From NCBI GenBank assembly GCA_002269645.1, contig NIVC01003240.1:45448-109447 (forward strand): DNA of 64,000 nt, in the 5' to 3' direction. The notes under the pieces were generated by a model. It was not told where the DNA came from. It worked only from the letters and a program-made list of their open reading frames with translations, and did no database searches. Origin of the DNA: Macrostomum lignano (Eukaryota). Within the stretch, counting starts at the first letter, position 1; each line of letters opens with the position of its first letter. A program made the translations under genes and the position numbers. Positions 12,393-21,818 of this stretch are shown here, one piece after another.

Positions 12393-13571
12393 AAGCACTG
12401 TCTTTTAATCCTAATCGATTAATATCTTTTTAAAAGAATGACCCGTCTATTTTTTTTTCTGGCAGCCTAATTAGCTTTGCGCGAGCATCTTGTATGCGAT
12501 GTAGAGCATTCTCCCCTCCCCTGCTTCCCTCTCCTGGGAAATAGCAGAAATTTCCTATTTGCATTGCCGTCTGTGTCACACTGTACAAGTCAAGCCTGCC
12601 CATCCTCTCCTATCAGCGGATTTGCGAAATATTTTAGTACAAGTTGTTCTTTAATTTAGTTTGGCCAGACCGCCCCCGCTAGCAGCCTGTCCGGTCAATT
12701 GTAACCGGCACAATATAGAAATTTGCATCCCAATAGGCTTCAACTGAAAGCGAAGCGGAAAGGAGAGAAGGTCAATCTCAAATGAAGCTCAAACGCGCTT
12801 CATCCCGGATGGAAGATGGGGGCGGCAGATCCAGTCCCTGGGGGGGGGGGGTGGGGGCGGCTCGCTCAGTCGCGAATAATAATAAGACTTTTTGTCTTCA
12901 AAGTAAAAATACTCGTACAACCGACACTTCAAAGAGACAAAAAGCAGTGCCGTTTATAATTAAGCCTCTTTAAACCGCTCTGGTGTGGCGGAGGGTGGGG
13001 GCTGCTAGACTGATTGAAGGACCGTTCACAGCGCTAGACTGACTCGAGGATTTCTCTCTTTTTAACCTGAGCTGTTTTGCTCGCGGCGATTCTAATTACT
13101 GATCATGAAAACATTATTATGGCGGGCCAGGAGGCCAACCAAGCGACAACGTCCTAAGTTATCTGATCCACTTTTTAGGCGCTTTCCCCTAGGGGGGAGT
13201 CTCACTTTCCTACTCTTTCTACTCGGCTGTCTTCTCTTCTTCATTATAGCGTCTTGAGATGCTTCTAATTATTGATCCGCAAAGCACACACTCGCAAGAA
13301 CGAATATATAATACACGCTCGTAATAGCACTAGCTGCTATCGATGATGGGGCCTGAAAGCCGGACAGGATGGCTGACTGACAGAATTGCTATGTCTCTCA
13401 GACGCCAAATACGCGCTTTGTGCTTTGTTCGCGTGCAAAAATTAATTAAATTGCTAGCTTGCATTGTAGCTGAGAACATTGATCGTATCATTACAGGGAT
13501 AATTTCATTTCAATACATATTATAGTTCATTACATGCATACTAGCTAGGAGTGTTCGGGACGGGGTAGCTA

Positions 13572-15748
13572 GATTAAGCGCGCCAGGAACAAGCGCGCAT
13601 TTTCGCACATATTTTACATGGTTCGGAATAAGCGCGCAGTTTACTTTCCACAGACCGGAATAAGCGCGCAGTATTTTTGATCGATACAGGAAAAAGCGCG
13701 CAAAGCGCCATGACTTGGAACAAGCGCGCTAAAATTTTACCCGCTTTCGGAATGGCTGACCAAATGATGGCAACAAAACGGCAAGCCGACCAGCCGGCTC
13801 TGGACTCTCAGCCTGTCTGGTATCAGCAGCTCCAGCCGGCTCTGGACTCTCAGCCTGTCTGGTATCAGCAGCTCCAGCCGGCTCTGGACTCTCAGCCTGT
13901 CTCGTATAAGCAGCTCCAGCCGGCTCTGGACTCTCAGCCTGTCTCGTATCAGCAGCTCCAGCCGGCTCTGGACTCTCAGCCTGTCTCGTATCAGCAGCTC
14001 CAGCCGGCTCTGGACTCTCAGCCTGTCTGGTATCAGCAGCTCCAGCCGGCTCTGGACTCTCAGCTTGTCTCGTATCAGCAGCTCCAGCCGGCTCTGGACT
14101 CTCAGCCTGTCTGGTATCAGCAGCTCCAGCCGGCTCTGGACTCTCAGCCTGTCTCGTATCAGCAGCTCCAGCCGGCTCTGGACTCTCAGCCTGTCTCGTA
14201 TCAGCAGCTCCAGCCGGCTCTGGACTCTCAGCCTGTCTCGTATCAGCAGCTCCAGCCGGCTCTGGACTCTCAGTCTGTCTCGTATCAGCAGCTCCAGCCG
14301 GCTCTGGACTCTCAGCCTGTCTCGTATCAGCAGCTCCAGCCGGCTCTGGACTCTCAGCCTGTCTCGTATCAGCAGCTCCAGCCGGCTCTGGACTCTCAGC
14401 CTGTCTCGTATCAGCAGCTCCAGCCGGCTCTGGACTCTCAGCCTGTCTCGTATCAGCAGCTCCAGCCGGCTCTGGACTCTCAGTCTGTCTCGTATCAGCA
14501 GCTCCAGCCGGCTCTGGACTCTCAGCCTGTCTCGTATCAGCAGCTCCAGCCGGCTCTGGACTCTCAGCTTGTCTCGTATCAGCAGCTCCAGCCGGCTCTG
14601 GACTCTCAGCCTGTCTCGTATCAGCAGCTCCAGCCGGCTCTGGACTCTCAGCCTGTCTCGTATCAGCAGCTCCAGCCGGCTCTGGACTCTCAGTCTGTCT
14701 CGTATCAGCAGCTCCAGCCGGCTCTGGACTCTCAGCCTGTCTCGTATCAGCAGCTCCAGCCGGCTCTGGACTCTCAGCCTGTCTCGTATCATCAGCTCCA
14801 GCCGGCTCTGGACTCTCAGCCTGTCTCGTATCAGCAGCTCCAGCCGGCTCTGGACTCTCAGCCTGTCTGGTATCAGCAGCTCCAGCCGGCTCTGGACTCT
14901 CAGCCTGTCTCGTATCAGCAGCTCCAGCCGGCTCTGGACTCTCAGCCTGTCTCGTATCAGCAGCTCCAGCCGGCTCTGGACTCTCAGTCTGTCTCGTATC
15001 AGCAGCTCCAGCCGGCTCTGGACTCTCAGCCTGTCTGGTATCAGCAGCTCCAGCCGGCTCTGGACTCTCAGCCTGTCTCGTATCATCAGCTCCAGCCGGC
15101 TCTGGACTCTCAGCCTGTCTCGTATCAGCAGCTCCAGCCGGCTCTGGACTCTCAGCCTGTCTCGTATCAGCAGCTCCAGCCGGCTCTGGACTCTCAGCCT
15201 GTCTCGTATCAGCAGCTCCAGCCGGCTCTGGACTCTCAGCCTGTCTCGTATCAGCAGCTCCAGCCGGCTCTGGACTCTCAGCCTGTCTCGTATCAGCAGC
15301 TCCACCTCTACAACCAATGGTTTTATTAAGCAGCTCCATTTTTAATATTAGCGAACTTCTCAGCTGTAGTTTCAACTTTTAGCTCAGCTTTTAGCTTTTA
15401 GCAATTTTGTAACCTTGTAACCTTGCTTCGTCTTAAATACATAGTTTAAATTCGACTTTAATCTTAGTTCTGTTGAAAATCTGTGCGCGCTTATTCCAGG
15501 ACTTTTAAAAAACGTTGCGCGCTCTTTCCTGTACCTAAGAATATGGATGCGCGCTTATTACAGTATTTTGACAAAACTTTGCGCGCTCATTCCTGTATCG
15601 AGAAATATCGATGCGCGCTTATTACAGTATTTTGATATATCGCAGCGCGCTTATTCCAACATTTTTCCGTGCGCGCTTGTTCCCTGGCGCGCTTATTCCG
15701 ACGTGTGCAAAAAATACACGTGCGCGCTTATTCCTGGCGCGCTTAATC
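13572..15748. mobile_element. Foldback/MITE-like non-autonomous element: 28-bp inverted ends plus inverted subterminal motif arrays around a 42-bp minisatellite
   Basis: GATTAAGCGCGCCAGGAACAAGCGCGCA (13572-13599) is the reverse complement of 15721-15748 with one mismatch. About 6 GGAA(T/C/A)AAGCGCGC motifs on the left face about 10 inverted copies on the right. No TSD identified. Confidence 0.7.
13790..15305. repeat. Highly homogeneous minisatellite, 42-bp unit CAGCCGGCTCTGGACTCTCAGCCTGTCTCGTATCAGCAGCTC, ~36 copies
   Basis: Directly visible. The unit is a multiple of 3 and lacks stops in several frames, hence four long ORFs. Confidence 0.98.
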
Positions 15749-16199
15749 AGCCCTCCCTTGGTTCGGGGTTCGGGGATTAACCCCGAACCGGGTACTTCTA
15801 CCTCGAACCTAACCCCGAATTTTCAATCAATCATTTCAATCAATAAATACGGTATTTGGTTAAAATAGAGCGCTTTTTTATTTTACTATAATTTGAAACA
15901 TTTTGGGCGCCGACGTAAGCTGAAAAATAAATAAATAATACGCAGCTTTATTGCTCTTTATAAGTGCAAATAATGACACAATTCCAACCCTTCAGGAAAT
16001 TTAATTCAATGCGATTGTTAGACTCCCTCTGAGGGAAAAAGCGCTGATGCCACCGATTCCTGGAAAAAATATGTTGGCCTCAGGTAATTCCTTTCCTTGT
16101 CTCAAATTGAATAAGAAGTAAATCATAAATCATAAAACGCATTTGACAAGCAAAAAGTTTTAGTTCATTCACGTCATACCTCGGCAGGCAGACAAAAAT

Positions 16200-16226
16200 C
16201 AAGGACTTCTAGACTAGAAGTCCTTG
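16200..16226. mobile_element. 27-bp perfect palindromic insertion (13-bp arms) flanked by the 8-bp direct repeat ACAAAAAT
   Basis: ACAAAAAT(16192-16199)-CAAGGACTTCTAG-A-CTAGAAGTCCTTG-ACAAAAAT(16227-16234). Confidence 0.65.
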
Positions 16227-17187
16227 ACAAAAATATGCGCGGCCATCCAACGAAAAACATCTCAAACTTTATTTTGCTTCGCCCCTACGAGTACACACAG
16301 CTGTCCCACTCAATACGATACACTCATACACATCATACAGTTTCCGGCCTAACTGACCCGTGAAACCTGGGGAGAAATAAATAGTTTTATAAATTACATA
16401 CATATTTTATTATGATTAAAGCAGGCAGTTCAAACCACGTGTTAAAATAACTCCAGATGACTTTTTAAACATCAAAATCAACGACTTTCGTTATTTCCAA
16501 AAATTGATGCATGCATCCGTGGTACTATAACGAGATATTTTGGTAGAAACCGTTACATTTTTAGAGCAGTTTTAATGAAAGAGCCTCTTAATTAATCATT
16601 CGAAAAAAATATTTAATTACTAAACTTTTGTCGGAGTAAAATTGAAAACTTGTTATCACAGACCATGCAGCAACCTCGAACGTTTCAATTTGCTCTTGGG
16701 AAGTCGAGAAGTCGAGATATCTTATACGGATTCTTTATAAGGAAACTGAAGTCAGAACAGGTAAGTCACAGGGCCGTTTGCCATTGAGAATAGGAGAGAA
16801 TGAGTGCTCGCTGGAAATGAGTCACTCCACAGATACTAGAATAACAGATATGTCACTCGGAATTAAAATTGTGAAAAAGTAGTTGTCTGCGCTAATGTAA
16901 TTTAAATTTGATGTAGAAGGTAAAATTCCTTTCCTTCCTCTGGGCTTGCAGCCTCAAGAGCATATGGGGTTAAGAATGAACAAGCATTTGTTAACTCAAT
17001 GTACACAAATGAACGCAAGGCGGACGAAACTCAGCCTAGGGGGGGGGGGGGTGGGGGCAGGCCCAATCTAGCTCAGCCAATGAGAGAGCAGTAGAGAGAT
17101 GCCTGGGCGACAGCACTAATTCTCACTTGCTCTCTATGCCAAGCACTGAATTTGGGAATTTTACATTTTTATAGTTTTCTACAGTCT

Positions 17188-17369
17188 CAGTAGCGGATTT
17201 AGAGGTGGGGCGCACAGGGCGCGCGCCCCTCCGTTAAGTTTAATTTTTTTGATTTTTATATGGAAAATACACATTATCATATACATATACTTGTACATGA
17301 TATGAATATATATGTACCTTAGTAGTCTGCGCCCCCTCCCCCGTTCAAAATTTTCTGGATCCGCTACTG
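17188..17369. mobile_element. MITE, 182 bp, TIR CAGTAGCGGAT(YY)AGA
   Basis: CAGTAGCGGAT at 17188 and ATCCGCTACTG ending at 17369. Flanks TACAGTCT / TCAGTCT look like a decayed 7-8 bp TSD (hAT-like). Confidence 0.75.
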
Positions 17370-18173
17370 TCAGTCTTAAGTCTTAAATTCGTTTATTTTT
17401 GAACCGGTAAAACTCCCCCCCCCTTGGATCAAAACTCAGCAGACATGCCTTATTTAATTAGCCTGCTTGTAGAATTAGGCACAGACAAATTTTGCAGCTT
17501 TAAAAGCTTAAAATTTCGCTTAAAAGTAGATAAATTGTAATTTTACTTTTATAAAGGCAAAAACGCTAATTTTGCTACTGAAAAAAGAGTAGAGAAACGC
17601 GTTTTTTGCGAGTGACACATCCTAGTTATTCTAGTATCTGTGAGTCACTCCAGTTGTTTTTTCTGCACGTTGCGGCAAAAATTTTTCAGCTAAACTGAAG
17701 TCACGTGACCAAATATAGTACAAGAATTACCTGCAAAACTTAGAATGAAATTCTAAGATATTAATACCCGGATGTTGTAAAAAAACAATTCTGGAGTTGC
17801 CCAGTATATTCAGTTTTGCAGGATAGAACAGAAGATAAAAGGTAGTTATTATGGAGGGGGTGACATAGCTAGTGCAGTCTGAACCGCACTGGCGTACACT
17901 GCAGCGTACATGCCTACATATGCACACAGGTTTGCAGCACTCAGAAGACTCGGCCACATATAGCCTGCTGTTTACGACACTCAGCGCACACAAGCCTTCC
18001 CTATTTACACTCGCTAACTGCGGAATAAGGAAGCAAGTAGTTCAGCTTTATTGCAATAATAGACTATATCAGGCACATACCAAAGACTTTTCCTAAGCAT
18101 CTAGACAAGAGCACGAAGGGACTGATTCTACCACAAATTAAAACTGAGCTACTCTTACACAGACGAGTCTGCT

Positions 18174-20195
18174 ATGAATTTGCCAGCACTGCGTTTGGCA
18201 GCTCGGTGCGGCGACTGCCAGCAGCTGCAGGCTGGACTTCAACAGCAGCAGCAGCCGCATCCGCTAGGAGCCAATGACCCAAGAAGGCAGCAGCTGCTGG
18301 CGTCGCTACTTGCCGCCGCGGCCGCCTGGGGTCACCTGCCGGCCGTTCGACTTCTGCTGAGCGCCGGCGCCACCGTCTGCGAGGCTAGCGGCGTTGTGGT
18401 CAGTGACTCGAGCAGAGTCAATGCGAGCCCGGACTGCCAGTGCTGGACCGGCGCCTCCGCTCTGCACTGGGCCGTCAGGCGGGGACACGCCGACGTGGTG
18501 AGGGAGCTGCTGTCGCGGAGCACCGTCGGCGCCAGGCTGATCAACTGTCGTGACGAAGACGGCGCCACTCCGCTGTCCGACTGCTGCCAGCACCAGCGGC
18601 TAGAGCTGGCCCGCCTGCTGCTGGAGGCTGGCGCCGACCCGAACGCCGCCTGTAGCCGCTACCAGCGCCGGCCACTGCACTGGGCCGCCTGCTCAGGCGA
18701 TGAAGCTCTAGCCCGGTGCCTCATTGACGCTGGCGCTGAGTCTGGTGCCGTGGACTGGCGCCAGCGGACCGCAGCCGACGTTGCTGAGGCCGTTGGGCAT
18801 GGACGATTGGCGGAGCAGCTCCGCATGGACGAGACTGAGCGGTGGCTGCCGAGCGGAGTAAAAACGTTGCTGTATGTTGTTAGGAATTTAATTGCTTGCA
18901 GGGTGTAAGCACATTCTCACCATGACCACCGTGACATGCTCGCTAGGAAATGCATACTAACATAAGTCAAGGATAACTATGCTTAAATACCCCCCAACGA
19001 TTTTCCTTCTGTCAGGCCTGACGTTGTGTGCTCCACCGCGCCCGATCAACTGCCGCACCAGCCGAAGGAGTCGCAGCAGCTGACCCGATTTCGCTCAGAG
19101 TCCGAGTCTCTTCCGCAGCAACTGCTGGTTGCTGCCAACCAGAGCCAGCTGCCCAGGCATCTGCATCAGCAACAGACAGCAGCCAGCCAGCTGCCCAGGC
19201 ATCTGCATCAACAGTCAAGCATTCCCAGCGCTTCATCTGGCTGGAATGCTCCGGCCATCGATCTGACTCAATCCCAGCCAGCAGCAGTCCTCCAGCAGCC
19301 GCCCGGTGTCAGCTCGTCCCGCCGATTCACCGACCCTTCGCTGCTGCCGCCGCCAGAACCGCAGCTGCCGAAGCTGGCCGCCTATTCGATATCGGAGAAG
19401 CCGCGCGGTCTCTGCTTAGTCCTGAGCAACGAGAACTACATCAAGCTTCAGCCGCGGCATGGCACCCAGCAGGACGTGGAGAGAATCGAGCAGCTCTTCG
19501 AACAGCGTCTCGGCTTCATAGTGGAGGTGAGAACCGACCTCACCGGCCGGCAATTGCTGGAAGCCGCCGCGAAGGCCGCAAAGAAGGCTCACCGGCACCG
19601 CAACGCCGACGCTTTCGTCTGCTTCTTGCTGGCCCACGGCGACTCCAGCGGAAATGTCTACGGAGTGGATGGCGTCAGCGTGTCTCTCAACGACATCGCC
19701 GCCGCATTCGACGTCGTCCGCTGCCCGGAGTTGGCGGGCAAACCGAAGGCCTTCTTTGTTCAGGCTTGCCGCGGCTCCAAGGTGGTCGCGGCGGCCACCT
19801 GCTCTTACGCTCTGCCGCCGGAGCTCGACGGTCCAGCAGCGGCTGCGCAGCCGCGGGCAACTCCGCTGGCAGTGTCGCCGGAGGGTGCTGACTACCTATT
19901 CGGGTTCGCCTGCTGCGAGAGCCGACCTGCCTACAGGTGCAGCGTCTCCGGGAGCATCTTCGTGCAGACTCTGTGCGACGTCATCGACAATTGGCTCGGC
20001 AGCGACGATCCGACGGCTGAGGTCGACGTCGAGGACGCTCTGATGGAGGCCAGGCGACGGATCTGCGCCGCGCCGGTGGATCAGGTCAGTGGCGGCGCCG
20101 TTGGGGGACTCGATCCTTACAGGCGCCCGGTGTACATGGTCCCAGAGGTCCGGTCTACACTGAGGTTTCGGCTGCGTCTCGGCGTGTGCGGCTGA
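18174..20195 (+). CDS. Ankyrin-repeat + caspase (peptidase C14A) fusion protein; join(18174..18871,19016..20195), 625 aa
   Basis: Exon 1 has ~5 ankyrin repeats (WGHLPAVRLLL, GASALHWAVRRGH, DGATPL, RRPLHWAA). Donor GTATGT at 18872 and acceptor TTTTCCTTCTGTCAG ending at 19015 join in phase 2 without a stop. Exon 2 has a Q/S/P linker, then KPRGLCLVLSN, PRHGTQQD, FLLAHG, KPKAFFVQACRG and small-subunit ADYLFGFA...AYR...GSIFVQTLC. Confidence 0.85.
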
Positions 20196-20355
20196 CCGGT
20201 GCAGTTCGGTCCGCCCACTTGCAACTGACTATATTGCAGCTGGTACTAAAACTAGTTAGTGCTTTGTGTACTTTTTATGCACTATCAATAGCCTTTTGCA
20301 CGGCGACTGTCTCTGTGATTAATAGACTGTGACACTAACAGTGTGTAAAAGTAAA

Positions 20356-20728
20356 GTAAAAGTAAAACTCAAACACTTAATCACTCGATCACTCAATCAC
20401 TCGATCACTCAATCACTCGATCACTCAATCACTCGATCACTCAATCACTCGATCACTCGATCACTCGATCACTCAATCACTCGATCACTCGATCACTCGA
20501 TCACTCGATCACTCGATCACTCGATCACTCGATCACTCGATCACTCAATCACTCGATCACTCGATCACTCGATCACTCGATCACTCGATCACTCGATCAC
20601 TCGATCACTCGATCACTCAATCATTCAATCACTCAATCACTCGATCACTCGATCACTCGATCACTCGATCACTCAATCACTGAATCACTCGATCCCTCAA
20701 TCACTTAATCACTCGATCACTCGATCAC
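20356..20728. repeat. Octamer array (ATCACTCG/ATCACTCA)n
   Basis: Directly visible. Confidence 0.97.
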
Positions 20729-20973
20729 TAGAGAGACGTACCGCAATTTTATGAATACGGAAGCCTTTTTTGAGTGTGTTGCTATCCAGAAGTAAATAAA
20801 CATTTTAACACTGCACATTGTGTTTGCAGCTTCAATGTCTCACTTTGTTGGTGTGTTGCAATTTCAATACTCCATCGAATTTCTGTATCTGTACTCCTTT
20901 GTCGCAGTGCGGCCTGTATTTCAATTCCGATGTCATGCCACATGTCTGTATCTACTTTTTCTCTGTGTTTAAA

Positions 20974-21130
20974 AGCGTCAGAGCGTCGGACTCACGACTT
21001 GAAGGTCGAGGGTTCGATTCCCGATCCCACTGGAAAAATTTGTGTCCTTGAGCAAGACACTTAACTCTGCATTGCTTCAGTTCACCCAGCTGTAAAAATG
21101 GGTGCCAGCATGAGCTGGGGTAATCTGGCC
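20974..21130 (+). mobile_element. tRNA-derived SINE with a CORE-like central domain (copy 1)
   Basis: B-box GGTTCGATTCC followed by TGTGTCCTTGAGCAAGACACTTAAC...CTTCAGTTCACCCAGCTGTAAAAATGGG, resembling the MIR/CORE consensus. Homologous copies at ~41027 and ~54727. Confidence 0.75.
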
Positions 21131-21818
21131 ATTAGGGAAGGTGTAATAAATTATTATTAATTATTATTGTTATAGTAAACAAGTGTTGCGCATGTTTCTT
21201 GAAGGAACAAGAATAAAAAAATCGTTACATACACGCACTTCAGTAGTATGTGCTCAACTTGGCAGTGCAGAGCAACACAAATAGCTCTGCTAATACATGC
21301 AGACTTTGTCTGTTATTGTCGGCTTAGCAAACAACTCTTGCAATCGTCTCTCGGGGTATGGAACTGGGAACTTTAAGAGTCTCTAAACTCAATACTCAAA
21401 ATCTAGCTAATTAGACACACATCAAGCAATGGCGCAGAGCAGACGGAGATTTCAGACAGACAGACAGCCGCACACTCAGCTGGATTGTCCGAACATTCTG
21501 CTGAGCTTGACAACTAACTGCCTCTCTTTGCTCTCGGGTCGGTCTTTCATGTCTTGCTTTTAGCTGTATCTCTGCCTATCTCTCTCTTCTGTCCTCTCTG
21601 CCTGCCTATCTGGCTTGGGTCAGAGTTAAAAGAATGGCGAAACAACCAGCAGTCTCGGAGAGCGAAAAATGAATTTATAAACCAACGCGCAAAGCAAAAT
21701 TTGATAAACAGCCAGCCCTCCTCGGCGTGCCCCCCGAGGCTCGAACGATTTGAAAGCTTCGCATCTCTGGCATCTGATTGTGGCGGGGGTGGCGCTCGCA
21801 GCTCAGACAGGTCAGGCC

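Noticed and set aside
10398-12433. 674-aa and 560-aa L/S/P-rich ORFs, and similar repeat ORFs at 4449, 36427, 45006, 46800, 48529, 53180, 55933 and 63049
   Set aside because: All are translations of tandem or simple repeats.
13677-15375. Four long ORFs (426-550 aa) over the 42-bp array
   Set aside because: They follow from a 3n-length unit without stops. They are open on both strands, have no credible start or splice context, and show no unique domain.
15480-15750. Conserved motif with variable spacers, superficially CRISPR-like
   Set aside because: The motif is only ~13 bp, spacing is irregular, it is mirrored in inverted orientation 2 kb away, there are no cas genes, and the context is eukaryotic. 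It is better explained as TE subterminal repeats.
16662-16760. Exon-like segment (CAG|ACCATG...CAG|GTAAGT) upstream of the ankyrin-caspase gene
   Set aside because: Splicing to the acceptor at 18162 puts its ATG out of frame (stop at 18175-18177). It could be a 5' UTR exon, but there is no support without transcripts.
18858-18863. Alternative donor GTAAAA for the ankyrin exon
   Set aside because: A phase-0 join to 19016 hits TGA immediately; the GTATGT donor at 18872 keeps the frame.
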